The notes below the pieces were generated by a model. The model saw only the letters and a program-made list of their open reading frames with translations. It was not told where the DNA came from and did no database searches. A stretch of DNA of 64,000 nucleotides, from assembly GCF_018977255.1 (NCBI RefSeq), contig NW_024704743.1:22632001-22696000 (forward strand), given 5' to 3'. The DNA comes from Callorhinchus milii. Its lineage: Eukaryota. Positions 50,655-63,395 of the stretch are shown piece by piece (within the stretch, counting starts at the first letter, position 1; every line of letters starts with the position of its first letter). Both the position numbers and the translations under genes were made by a program.

Positions 50655-51226
50655 GCAACGCATCAAGTACTTTCAGGCTATCCATTTTTGAACTCACATG
50701 CCTAAACTGACACTCCAGTGTAGGAAGTGCTCTCCTTCGAATGAGACATTAAACTGCCTGTTCAGGTGGACGTCAAAGATCCCATGGAAATAATCGGAAA
50801 GTGAAGGTTTCTCCTTGTGTCCAAACCAACAAAACAAGCCCAACAATCTTCTGAAATAAAAATGGTCATTCACTTTATGGCTGTTTGTGGGACATTGCTT
50901 TGTTTAAATTGGCTGCCATGTTCGCTTACAACTACACAGTCTCTGCACAGTAAAGTCCTGTGAAACACTTTGAGACATGTTGAATATGTGATAAGCTGTT
51001 ATTTTGCCCATAAATATATATACAATCAATTCACTTTACAATATATTCCGTGAAGCCCTTTGAGACGTTTAGAAGACCTAATAAGGCGCTATATCAAATG
51101 CAAGGATTATTATTACTATTATTAATGGGAAAACCTGGTGTGTGATGAAATATATTTGCTATACAAGTTGTTTATCATTCAGCTGGTTGCATAAATTTAT
51201 TTATTCTTGTTTTTTTTCTTTTTCAG

Positions 51227-51426
51227 GGTCTGATCAGTAGATGTCACTCTGCGCAGGCCATGTACCTTTTCCAGAAGGATAAGTTCTATGATGTTGAATA
51301 TGACAAAGGAGACAAGTCCATCCAGTGCAGCCGGAGGGCGGATTCTTTTAAATTCTGGCTGACATGGAAAGCTGTTGGGACCAATGGCTTGGAGGAAAGA
51401 GTGAACAGGGCCTTTGCATCTGCCAG
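51227..51426 (+). CDS. GADL1: GADL1 exon 12 (GLISRCHSAQAMYLFQKDKFYDVEYDKGDKSIQCSRRADSFKFWLTWKAVGTNGLEERVNRAFASAR)
   Basis: Long polypyrimidine tract, cag| ... |gtacga, 200 nt; SIQCSRR is GADL1-type. Confidence 0.97.
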
Positions 51427-54400
51427 GTACGACTAATAGTGCTGCACTCATGAGTAATTCCTCATTGACCCTCTAAGATTCAGATGAGATATTAAACCCA
51501 GGTCCCGATTGCCTGTTCAAGTGGATGTTAAAGATCTTATTGCAGAATTTTGAAAAGAGAAGAGAGTTTCTCCCAGTGCCCTGGGTAACAATCCCCCAAT
51601 TAAAAAAAAAATGGTCACTCAGTCCGTGACTGTTTGTGGGACATTGCTGAGAACAATTGGTTGCTGTTTTTCGCTCACAAATACCCAGTCACTCCATTAT
51701 ACAGTAATTTCTGTGAAGCGTTTTGAAACTTCCTTCCGACATGATAAGGTGCTATACCAAATGCAAGTATTTATTATTAAGATAATATGGCCAACCTCTA
51801 GTTGGCCAACAAAATACATGTTTCTTGATTGAATATTCCTTGATTTATGGCATAAATCTATGCTGTTTTATTATTTCTAAGATTACTTTGTTGGTTGGCC
51901 ACAATCACCAACAACAAATTGCATTTATATAGCACCTTTCATGTTGAGAGTTGCCAGAAAGGGACCTTTTTTTAAAAAAAAATGTTTTAGCAACACTGCG
52001 GTGCTCCCTCTTATGCACTCTCCCCACACACTCATTTTCTCACATCTTTCATATACACCCACTGCTCTAAAAGGATCTGAAGAGGAATGGGCATTGTTGG
52101 TTTAGCAATTTATGTCCAGCTTTGTGGCAAGGTTTCAAAAGCGATCAGATCACCCCCCAGGACACAGGTACAAACCCAGCATACAAATTAAGATTCCTAA
52201 ATATCCAAGGCTGTAGGGCTCCAAGTTACATGGATGAACCCGCGGAACTGAACCTGTTTTCATCTGAGAGAGGACATGATACTCTAAAATTTGTCCATAA
52301 GCAATTTATTTAATTTAAACTAGTTGCAGAAATATAGCACAATATTAACAAATCTCAAGATATATCCTTGCATTTGATCCTCTTTCCTCACCTCTGCCCC
52401 TTCCATCTCCCACCATATACACTTACATGTACATATACACACGCACATAAACACTCCTATTCACTGGTGCCATGAAGAATGTTGACAGCCAGTCATTGGA
52501 TGTTGTGTAATGTTCACATTCCAGAGCTTCAAAGAGCTTCACAGAATTTTTACTGCAAGGTGCAGTCAGTAACTGTGTATTTTGTAGGCATTATAGGCAA
52601 ATGCAGCAACCAATTTGCATGCAGCAATGTCCGACAAACAGTCATGGAGTGAATGACCATCTTTATTTGGAGGATCGTTGGCTAAGATTCAGGGAGAAAC
52701 TCTCTTCTCTTTTTTCCATGGTGCCAGGAGATTGAAATCGGCAGACAGGATGTTGGTTTATCAACTCATCTGAAGAACAGCACCTGCAACACTCCCTCAG
52801 ATGTACTCTCCCCTCACACTTACTCACATCTTTCATACTCATTCTATTTCTCTTGTCTCTAAAACTCTCTGCCCTCCACAGGGTTCCCAGATAGAGAAGA
52901 ACTGATTTTTTTATTGACATACTTGAAGTGCTGTAGTTAGCATTAACTGAAGGCTTAAACATTGTTGCAGAGATGTTAGCTCCATGAAGATGTTTTGAAA
53001 ATAAGGATCCTAAATTGGACATCAAATTTGGACACCACTGGAGTTATGTGCATTAGCTAGGCAACAATAAATGTACATTAGCTGGGCAACTGGTGATATG
53101 AATGTTATATATCTGTACTAAGAATGTGCCTAATGTGCAAACGAGAGAGAAAATAGCAGGAGGTTAATACAATAAGAGTCATCAGCCCCTGCTCACAATC
53201 TCAAAACAGCTAAACGAAAACACCATTTTCCTCGCGAGTTTCCTTAATGTATCTGTGGTTCATTGTGGTTGGGGTCATTGTTACTGCAATGGCAAATCAC
53301 TGTCTGTAATGATGTCTCCTGATATAGACTGAGATTTATTCAGTCGCTGTCCTCCTGACCTGCCTTTGTGACTGGGGAATTTTCCACTCACATGTGCGGG
53401 CATGAGTCAGTCTTGGGGTCTAATCACTTCTTTCAGTTCTGTTGATGATTAGTGGCAGCTCTCTCCTGAGACGCAGGCCTCCCCAGCTACCAGCAGACAG
53501 ATGGTTGAATTTGCAGTATTTCCTTTATCTGTTCACCACAGTGTGCTTATCGACATCTGTACATCAATTTAACGAACTCAACGTTGTCCCAGTTTTGTGG
53601 AGTCAATGAAACGGGCTGCTTAGTAAAGTGGCTGAAATGAGCTAATCTTCGTAAATGCAATCCAGAATTTTTTTTAAACAAGTTGGTAGTACAATGCTTT
53701 CCCACAGTATTTTGTGGTATCGGAACAAACTTACTTCTGTGATGTTTATACATTTTTAGGTGTGTTGTGCGTGAGAAATTATCATGGAATTATAGAATCA
53801 TGTCAGGTATAAATTATGTCAGAGTAAAATTCTCTGCCCAACCCCCAACATGTGCTGAACAAACCCATCAGGGGATTTTCTGGGCTACTTGGACATAAAG
53901 GCTGTGACTGGACTACACACAACGCTTGTGCATTTTCAGCACTGCTGAATTTTCAGAATGTTGTTCATATTGCAACTGAAAGCATAGTATTAAACAGTTA
54001 TAAGTAAATGTGTTACAGTGAATCAAGTTATCATGTGATGGCACAGCTATGCCTCTTAACTGTGTGGTGCACAGACAGAAACTGCCACTAAAACCATGCT
54101 TACAATGAGTCAATGAATAATAATCAGTGAGTTAATAATTGGCTGCATTTAGTACTTGGGCACAGAAGTACTAATACTTGGATCCTGATCTGATGGTGGA
54201 ATTTTACTTATTCCATACATGAGCTCAATGGTCTCAGGATGGGATTTGGCTCAGTGATAAATGACAGAAGGAGCACATCTTTTTGACAGCCTAATGCACA
54301 TATGTGGTCTTTAAAACAAGTTTACAAGATTCCAGCAGACAGAAGTGATTCCATTATAATTGGGAAAATTGAAGCTGTGAATTAATGTTAAATTTGTTTA

Positions 54401-55460
54401 GTGTTCAGCGCCATCTTAGTTTAATTTAGGTGGCTTAGAAAAACAGATAGCAGTGGCGAAGATATGATGGGCCAAACAGCCTTCTATGCTGCACATTTCT
54501 ATGTTATAAAGGGAGATTATTGCCAGGCAGTGGACATTATATAATGTAGCTGACCTTTGATGCAGTAGTTTTTCTTATCTGAAATCTCCATTGATTGTGG
54601 TACAAAAATAATAAGTGTAGTGACTGTTTGGTAGGCAAACATGGCTGCCAAATCCCTCAAATATCTGTGAGGTGAATGACCAGAAAGATTGTTGAGAAAC
54701 TCCATTCTCTTTTCAATAGGGTGATGGGATCTTTATCATCCACTTTGAACAGGGTGATGGGACATTGGATTAATGTCTCATCTGAAGGAACAATATGACA
54801 GTATCTAAAACCAGTAGTTGGAAGTGCATTTGAGAGTGCTTCACACAGCTGGCTGTGAGCCTGAGCTATGGGTAGGGCAAACTGCGAAAGGAGAACCAAA
54901 ACCACGAAAAGTCGAAATGAAAGGTCTTAAGATGGGCTTTAAAGATGGGGGGTGGGGGGGCGCGGGCATGGCAGGAGAACTCTAGGATGTAGTTCCAAAG
55001 AATGGAGGCAGAATGGCTAAAAGCATATTTGGATTCAAGCAAAATAATGTGTTTTTAAAGAATGAGGGGAGAAGGAATAGAATGGTTCAGAGAAAGAGCT
55101 TTGAAATCAGCCAGAAATGCTTGCATACCAACCTGGCCTTTTCTCTTTAATAAACGCACCTCATGTGAAATATCTTGAGTTTGTTTATGATAATTCTGAC
55201 TGATTGAAAAGATAGATACTGGGACAATTGCAATTTTTTTTTTACTTTTGGTAAATTCGGTGCAATTTTGTTGGAATTGTTTCTGATAAGACAGCTGTCG
55301 TTTCCTTTCAGAAGCTTTTTAAATTTAAAACTTTGTTTTGAAATAAAATGTATCTGATATGATTTGAACAATATGATTTTGTTGATCTATTAGGCCGGAA
55401 GATGGAAAGGCGAACCTGGTATCTTGGAACAAACAATTAATAATTTTATTCTTATCACAG

Positions 55461-55512
55461 GTATTTAACTGATGAGATTAAGAAGAGGAAGGAGTTCAAA
55501 CTGATTTTGGAG
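55461..55512 (+). CDS. GADL1: GADL1 exon 13 (YLTDEIKKRKEFKLILE)
   Basis: cag| ... |gtaagc, 52 nt. Confidence 0.95.
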
Positions 55513-56082
55513 GTAAGCAGAGTGATCAAGGTTCCACTGAGATCTCTTCTCTGTGACTTGCTCATTGGTACCCCAGTAAAACTTCTCAGCAAACACTGGG
55601 CTTAGATATCTCTCTGTGCTACAATTGTTATTGCTCCTAATATAAAACAAGCTTTCTTCAACTCAGCATCGAATTTACTGAGTTCAAGATAGATTCCATA
55701 TTTTATTTGTATTCCAATCCAGTGGGTAGTATGCCATAAAATCAGCTGATATGGCCAAAACTGTTTATGGTCTAAACCACAGTGAGATTGTTCCATTTCA
55801 TGGCGTGATGCAGAGGTACAGAATATCCCACATATGTGCATTAGGCTGGCTTGATTGGTAGCATCCTTGCCTTTGAGTCAGAAGGTTGTGGGTTCAAGCC
55901 CCACGAGGGGATTTGGAACCCATATAGTTTATGCTGATACTCCAGTTCAATGCTTGGGGGCACTGCAACAACAACAACAACTTTATATAGCACCCCTCAC
56001 GAAGGGCGCTTTGTTGGAGGTGCAGTCCTTCAAGTGAGATGTTAAACCAAGGTCCCATCTGCCTGTTCAGGGAGATTAACGA

Positions 56083-56401
56083 GGAGTCCTGTAGCTCAGT
56101 GGTTAGAGCACTCGCTTTGCAAGCGAGAGACCTGAGTTCAATTCCAGGCAGGTCAGGGCGAAACCTTGGGCAAGTTTCCTTACTCCACACAGAGCCTAAT
56201 AATAATCCCTCCAAAACCAAGAACAATAATAAATTGGTCATTTTCAATCTACGACTGTCTGTGGGACATTGCTGTGCGCAATTGGCTGCCGCGTTCGTCC
56301 TCAAATATATAGTCAATTCACTTTACAGTGTGTTCTGTGAAGCTCTTTGGGACGTCCTCCCGACGTGAAAAGCGCTATATCAAATCCAAGGATTATTATT
56401 A
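56083..56401 (+). mobile_element. tRNA-derived SINE inserted in an older SINE
   Basis: A box TAGCTCAGTGG, stem-loop ctcgc-tttgcaa-gcgag, B box GTTCAATTCC; taacg on both flanks. Confidence 0.9.
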
Positions 56402-56627
56402 TAACGTTAAAGATCCCATGGCACTATTCAAAAAGAAAAGGAAGTTTCTCCCAGTGTCCTAGCCAATAAACTCACGAATAAAATTGGTCATTCATTTCAT
56501 GGCTGTTTGTGGGACATTGCTGTGCGTAAAATGGCTGCCACGTTCACCCACAATATCGAGTGACTACAATTTATCGTACATGCTGTAAAACACTTTGAGA
56601 TGTCCTCCTGTCATAAAATGTAAATCA

Positions 56628-56948
56628 AATAATAATAATAATCCTTGCATTTGATATAGCGCTTTTCACGTCGGGAGGACGTCCCAAAGCGCTTCACAGA
56701 ATATACTGTAAAGTGAGTTGACTGTATATTTGTGGGCGAACGCGGCAGCCAATTGCGCACAGCAATGTCCCACAAACAGTCATAGATTGAAAATGACCAA
56801 TTTAATTATTGTTTGTTTTTTGGAGGGATTATTATTAGGCTCTGTGTGGAGTAAGGAAACTTGCCCAAGGTTTCGCCCTCTGCCTCGAATTGAACTCGGG
56901 TCTCTTGCTTGCAAAGCGAGTGCTCTAACCACTGAGCTACAGGACTCC
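56628..56948 (-). mobile_element. tRNA-derived SINE, inverted relative to the 56083 copy
   Basis: Near-identical reverse complement of 56083-56401. Confidence 0.9.
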
Positions 56949-57499
56949 ACAAATTTCTCAAAATGCTTCATAGGATTTACTGTGTAGTCCGGGTGTATTT
57001 GTAGGTGAATACATCAGCCCATTTGTTCACAACAATGTCCCACAATGGCCATGAATGAATTAAACTTTATCTGGGGGATTGTTGGCCAAGACGCTGGGAG
57101 AAACTTTTTTTTCGAATAGAGTCATGGGATCGTTAACGTCCACCTGAACAAGCAGGTGGGATTTGAGATTAATATCTCATCAGAGCATGGATAATAAATA
57201 AATATATATAAATATCAATATATAAAATAGAATTTCCGCATGTAGGTAGCATGTATGGAACTCCGTCTGTTTGGATACGCTTAAACATAATGATGGGTTT
57301 TCGCATGTGTCAGACCAAGAACAAATATGAATGAAAAGTATATCATGATTAAAAGTAAATATTTTTCCATTTTTATTTAATGCTGTTATTTGTAGTTTTA
57401 CAAAAACAGATTAAAATTATTGCAGACGTTCGTTGCTGGGTCAATAGATTGAGTCATGGTGCAGTAACAGCCTCATTTACATGTTGTTTGTGTTCCCAG

Positions 57500-57589
57500 C
57501 CGGAGTATACAAATGTCTGCTTTTGGTACATCCCTCCCAGTCTCCGGAATTCACCCGAGGATGAGGAATTCTGGCAGAAGCTTCATAAT
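57500..57589 (+). CDS. GADL1: GADL1 exon 14 (PEYTNVCFWYIPPSLRNSPEDEEFWQKLHN); final coding exon not seen in this window
   Basis: cag| ... |gtgagt, 90 nt; NVCFWYIPPSLR motif. Confidence 0.96.
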
Positions 57590-60270
57590 GTGAGTAATTA
57601 AACCAAAATGTTTTCTTATGCAGTTTTTACATTGTGAGTATCCTCTGGAGACAATTTGTCATGTAATGTTGCTCTAGTCGTATTTCCAAAAATCTGGAAT
57701 TGAATCTCACATTGGCTCCACATGCAAGGACGCCAAATCCATAATGAAGAATGTATGTATTGGACCCAGGAATGTTCCATATGTTATTGATGTCTTGACG
57801 CTGCATAAGTTTTGCGATGCTGCCAGACTTTTACACATATAGAAACATTTACACCTCTTCGTCGCTCCCATGAGATATTTATTTTTGCACTGTCTAAATG
57901 ACTGAACCGGAATCACCAAAAGAACTAGCAGGAATGTTATCCGAAGTTCAGATGCATTGACAATATAAACGTGGTAGAGCCTCAGAACGTGAAGTGCCTC
58001 AGTTTGTGTCAAATTTCAAATCTCTGGAGCTGCAATATAAAAATCTCTTGCTGCAGATTTTCAAAGAGGAGCTGCTATAATCTGAAAGGAAAATATTTGC
58101 ATCAGCCTCAAGCTATTACAAGGCTAACCTTTCATGTCCACTTCTGAAATGCTCTTACATAAGTGGTCCATCAATCATCAGTTGCTAAACATGCTGATCT
58201 TTTCATGGTTTGGCAAACATTAATGTTATTTTTGAGGCATGATTTTCTGCCTGGTTTTGATAGGTGTGAAATAACAATCCTATGACAAGTAACATTTCCA
58301 TTTGGTTGTAATCAGACACTCAGACGAACCTGAATATTGCTGGCCACTGCTTGAGGGTTCCCCTCTCCATTAACTACAGATATCCAGGAAAATTCAAAAA
58401 TTCTACTTAAAATCTTCAGATTTTCCCAGATTGTCTCTGACCATTGCTCTAGTATATCATGATTCATGACCAAGACAGATCTAGCAGACTAATTATAGGC
58501 TTTTATATCTAATGCTGCAGTCTATTCTGTTGTTTATGGACTGGTGCCAGTGAAAATCTCACACTACCCAGAACTGAGCTGAATGCTTATTTCATTGATA
58601 GTCGCGGACCTGGTTCTTTCAGCAAAATATGAAGATTACCTTGGACAAACCAAGATGTTAACAATCTTTAACAGCCCCTTGAAAATAATAATAATTCTTG
58701 CATTTGATATAGTGCCTATCACTTCATCAAAACACTTCACTGTGTATTTTGTATTGAAAGCAGTAGCCAATTTGCAACAGCTATGTGCGACAAACAGCTC
58801 CGAGATGAATAACCAATTTTATATGGAGAATTATTATCCAAGAGACTGGTAGAAACTCTTTATTTTCAAATAGTGCCAGAGTATCTTTACCACCATTGGG
58901 GCCTCAGTGTTGCGTTCAATCCAAAGTATGGTAGCTCTGACAATGCAGCAGTGCCCCAGGACTCCATTGCAGTGTTAACCTAGAATATGATCCCAAATTC
59001 CCAATAAAGGACTTGAATCCATGACTTTCTGACTCAGAAATGAGAGTGCTTCAACAATGGGAAGATGTGAGAGCAATATATGGCTATGTATTTATGTCAA
59101 GAGCAGCATTCTGACCTACACTGAAATGGTTCAGGCATACATGTCCATCTGTGTGCACTGGCCCTGTTTCTCCAGCACAATGCCACATGAATGCAACCAG
59201 CAGATGGTGCTCGTGGACTTTTAGTTGATCTGAAATGGAAGCTCGCAAGAGGGAGCTGGATGAAGAAGACCCTCTGGCCCATTTGATTTCTTCCTTCCAG
59301 AATAGCTACCCTATTTCTTCTCATTATAGCATTAAATCGTCAACAATTCAGTTTCTAAATTCTTTCACCATTCCTACTAACCTGTTCAAGCTGTTCATTA
59401 CCCTAGTGTGAAGAAATGCTCTCTGGTGTCTGTCTTACAATTATCCTTTACAATCCTGAAACTTTGGCTGCTTGTCCAACTGCTTTGGCGTATCTGAAAG
59501 TATTGTTCTGGGTTTACTTTATACGTGACATCTACAGCATGCCTAGTGCGCAAGAAGTGACGTTGATAATGTCCTGATTGATGACCCAGAAGTCAAACAT
59601 TTTTTAGTGTGCAGGAAGTTGTCTTGACACGTTGGAAGCCAGCCAGTCCACAATACACCCAAGCTATAAAGGGACCCATGATACACTGAGGGACTTTCAA
59701 CGAGGCCTGACTGCACTATCCACTATTCAGTCCTGATTTTGGGAAAGCATTGGCATGAAAAAGGCAATGTAGGGAAAGAAATTGTACATTCTGTTATTCT
59801 TTGTAGTTGATACCATATGTAGAAGGCTGAGAGCAAAAAGAAATCACCAGGGCAATAACCTCCCATAGAATAGATTTTATTTTACATGGTACTTGATACA
59901 AAAAGTCAGGGAATGGCTTTGGAGGGACGGAAAATTAACTCAAAATAAAATACTGAAAAATGTGTGGTTTGGAATTAGATCAATGGGATTTTATAGGGAT
60001 AACTGTAGAGATAATCATTCACTCTCTCTGGAACACTAGGCTGCATGAGGAATGCTTTATAAATGCAAGTTGTGTTGTACTCCATGGTACAAATGCTGCA
60101 CTGTTGCGGCTTGTCTATGGCTAGTCTATGGAGTTGGTGTTTATGGAATGTAAGGAGCTGAGATTGAATAAAGTAAGTAGATCTTTTGGTAATGGGGTGT
60201 GAAAGCCAGAAGGAATTCCACAGAATTTTTCCTTCTTAGATTAAAAATGGAGTAAAGCCCTTAGATTTAC

Positions 60271-60772
60271 CGTAGCTCAGCAGTTGGAGCACTCGCCTCA
60301 CAAGCGAGAGACCTGGGATCGATTCCTGGTCAGGGCGAAACCTTAAGCAAGTTTGCTTACTATACACACGCCTCTATTTACCTAGCAGTAAGTAGGAACC
60401 CAGTTGTTAGTCGATTGGTGGATCACTTTTCCCGGGGCTATAATCTCTTTAAAATAAATAAATCAATAATAAATTGATTGCTTCAATCCAGGACTGTTTG
60501 TGGAACACTGCTGTGCGCAATTGGCTGCCGCATTTTCGCCCAATTGGTAGCAATGAGTCAAACCAAATTTCACCTCTTTGCTCTTTAAATTGTTTCAGCA
60601 TATCTATCTTTTATAAAGATATATAAAATTTTATATACTGTGTGTGTATGTATATATATTTCACCCACAAAATATACAGTCAATTCACTTTACAGTATAT
60701 TCTGTGAAGTGCTTTGAGACGTCTCGAAGACGTGATAAGGCGCTATATCAAATGCAATGATCATTATTATAA
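60271..60772 (+). mobile_element. tRNA-derived SINE variant (CAC loop, extra internal segment), interrupted at about 60541-60660
   Basis: ctcgc-ctcacaa-gcgag head; internal tttacctagcagtaagtaggaac segment; shared 3' body. Confidence 0.82.
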
Positions 60773-61055
60773 TAGATGTCAGCCTGGCTCTTAGTGTTAT
60801 GCTTAAAATTCCATGGTTCTATTCAAAAAGAGATGGGAGTTTCTCTCTGTGTCCTGGCCAATATCCTCAAAATGAACATTTGATCATTTACTTGATGGCC
60901 GTTTACGGAACATTGTAAATTGGCTGCAGAGTTTACCAACAAATACACAGTCACTACACTTCACAACAACTTTTTGAGATGTTCTCGCTGTTATAAGTGA
61001 TATACAACAACAGCAGCTTGCATTTATAGAGCGCTCTTTATGCGGGACGCATACA

Positions 61056-61372
61056 GGAGTCCTGCAGCTCAGTGGTTAGAGCCCACGCTTTGCAAGCGAG
61101 AGACCCGAGTTCAATTCCAGGCAGAGGGCGAAACCTTGGGCAAATTTCCTTACTCCACACAGAGCCTAATAATAATCCCTCCAAAAACAATAATAAATTG
61201 GTCATTTTCCATCTATGACTGTTTGTGGGACATTACTGTGCGCAATTGGCTGCCACGTTCGCCCACAAATATACAGTCAATTCACTTTACAGTGTGTTCT
61301 GTGAAGAGCTTTGGGACGTCCTCCCGACGTGAAAAGCAAGGATTACTATTATTATTATTGCTATTATTGTTA
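61056..61372 (+). mobile_element. tRNA-derived SINE
   Basis: Same head, body and tail as the 56083 copy. Confidence 0.88.
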
Positions 61373-62559
61373 TGATAGGTTTAAGCTACATGTGGACTGT
61401 GGAAGGAAGGAGTGACATTGATGAGGAGTGAAATTAATAATAATAATCCTTGCATTTGATATAGCATCTTATCACGTCATTGAAACGTCTCAAAGCGTTT
61501 CACAGAATATACTGCAAAGTGGATTGAGTGTATATTTTGTCAATCCACTTTACAGAATTTTTAAAAAAATATATTTTATTGAATGAATGATCTCGCCTCT
61601 TGCCTTTCTCCTGTTATGCCCTGCTTGACCTATTCTTTATCAAGTTGCTCGCTCTCAGATTTCAGGAAATTACTAAACATGGCTTATGTTGTTAAAGGTA
61701 TACTGTGATTGAACTTTAAAGTAATGGATTGGACAAATATAAATAGCTGATAGTTCAGTGGCACCCAACCACCAGAGGGTTAACATAATCTTGGGAAAAT
61801 CTAGGGAAATGGATACAGGAACTTTACACTATGCAGAGATAACAGTGGTGTAAGGAATGCTTCTGCTTTGTCAGGTAATTTCATTGTTTCTCTTGAAACA
61901 AGTTCTGGAGATATTGCACATACCTCAAATAGTCAACTGTCAGCAACTTCACCGGCCTCAAGCCTACAAATATGTCAATGCTGTCTCCTGTTTTGAACAC
62001 ACTGATAGGAACAGGAAGTTGGGCTGTGAGTTGTGTTGCCCTTTAGCTGTCTTGCGATTCCATTGTGACAAATTGATAGTTGTCTGAGAGAAGCTCAAGG
62101 CAGTACCTTTACTGTTGTCACAGATAGGCAGAAAAAATAGCTTTAGCCTTTCAAAACCTATGGTCTCTTTCACTATTCAGTTAAAGAGTGCCAGAATAGC
62201 TCCTCAACCTTATTATCACAACAAACACCCAGAGACAAGAGACTCGTAACCAAAGATTAGCACGTCCCATCTAATGCCAGCTCAACCGCCCCAATCCCCA
62301 TAGAGTTCTCAATGAGTAATGTTATTCAATATAAAAGGTAAATTAAATCCTTTTTAATATTTTTAAGAACTTAATTTTTTTTTACAGTCAGTATTTAGCC
62401 ACATAAGAAACAATCTTAGAATGGTTTAAAAGCGGAGCAACTAATGATTTGTTTCACCCATGGAATACTTGCGTTTCCTATGCCTGGCACCTATACCTTG
62501 CATTTATAAGTATTAAACTTCATTTGCCAGTTATTGGCCCAATCCATATTCTATAAAGC

Positions 62560-63395
62560 TTGTTTTGTAGGACCGTTGCTGCCTCCTCTAATTCCACAGT
62601 TCCCCTCACAACATGGTATTATCTGCAATTATAATTATCTTTAAACTGCATCTGTGAATCTAGGACATTAACATATGAGACGAGCAGGAGGTGTCATAGT
62701 ACAGACCCCTTAGGGACCCCGTTTAGTACCTCTCCCTATTTTGACCTAGCTCCCCTAAATAAACCCAAAATAAATTTTAAAATTATTCACTCAGTCCACG
62801 ACAGTTTATGGGACACTGCTGTGTGCTGTTGTGTTTCACCCATAAATATACAGTAAATTCACTTTACAGTATATTCTGTGAAGTGCTTTGAGACGTCTAG
62901 AAGACATGAAAAGCGCTATTAAATGCAAGGATTATTTCTTTATTTAATTTTTAATTTTTAATTTTAATTTTTATTTAATGCTCCCAGTGACCACAGTTTG
63001 TCGAGGGGGTCTTTCATATGATACTTTGTCAAATGCCTTTTGGAAGTCTAGATGTATTACATCATAAGCTTCCCACAGTCAATTTGGGCTGTCACCTCCT
63101 CAAAAAAAGTCAGTGCGATTGATCAGATAAGACCTTGCCTTTCTGAACCTGGGTGTCAAGTATTAGATTATTTTTATATATGAGTAATCATCCAATTCCT
63201 TTCTGATGATTGACTCCATAATTTTTCCTATTATTGAGGTCATGCTAAGTTGCCAGGTTTAGTTTTGTCACCTTTCTTGAATATGGGAACAACATCTGCT
63301 TGTTTCCAGTCCATTAGACTCTCCCAGTCCTGATTTACTCTCTCATGATATGTATCAGTGCTGCATAAATCTCCTGCTGTGTCTCTCTATGTACC
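62560..63395 (-). mobile_element. Decayed CR1-type LINE fragment
   Basis: Similar to 15900-16320 (tactttgtcaaatgccttttggaagtctaga; ttcttgaatatgggaacaaca). Confidence 0.8.

Noticed and set aside
56083..56160. Functional tRNA-Ala(TGC) or tRNA-Val(CAC) genes, here and at similar heads
   Set aside because: Each head has an imperfect acceptor and T stem and runs straight into a SINE body and tail, so these are SINE promoters rather than tRNA genes.
28674..57589. Assignment as CSAD or GAD1/GAD2
   Set aside because: AVLVDGVVLNGP, NPHKMLMAGIQCC and SIQCSRR match GADL1 as I recall it, and the long GAD N-terminal region is absent.
61758..61810. Candidate final GADL1 exon starting VAP (gtggcaccc)
   Set aside because: No in-phase AG acceptor, and the following codons do not resemble the expected IKERMMKKG...GYQP.
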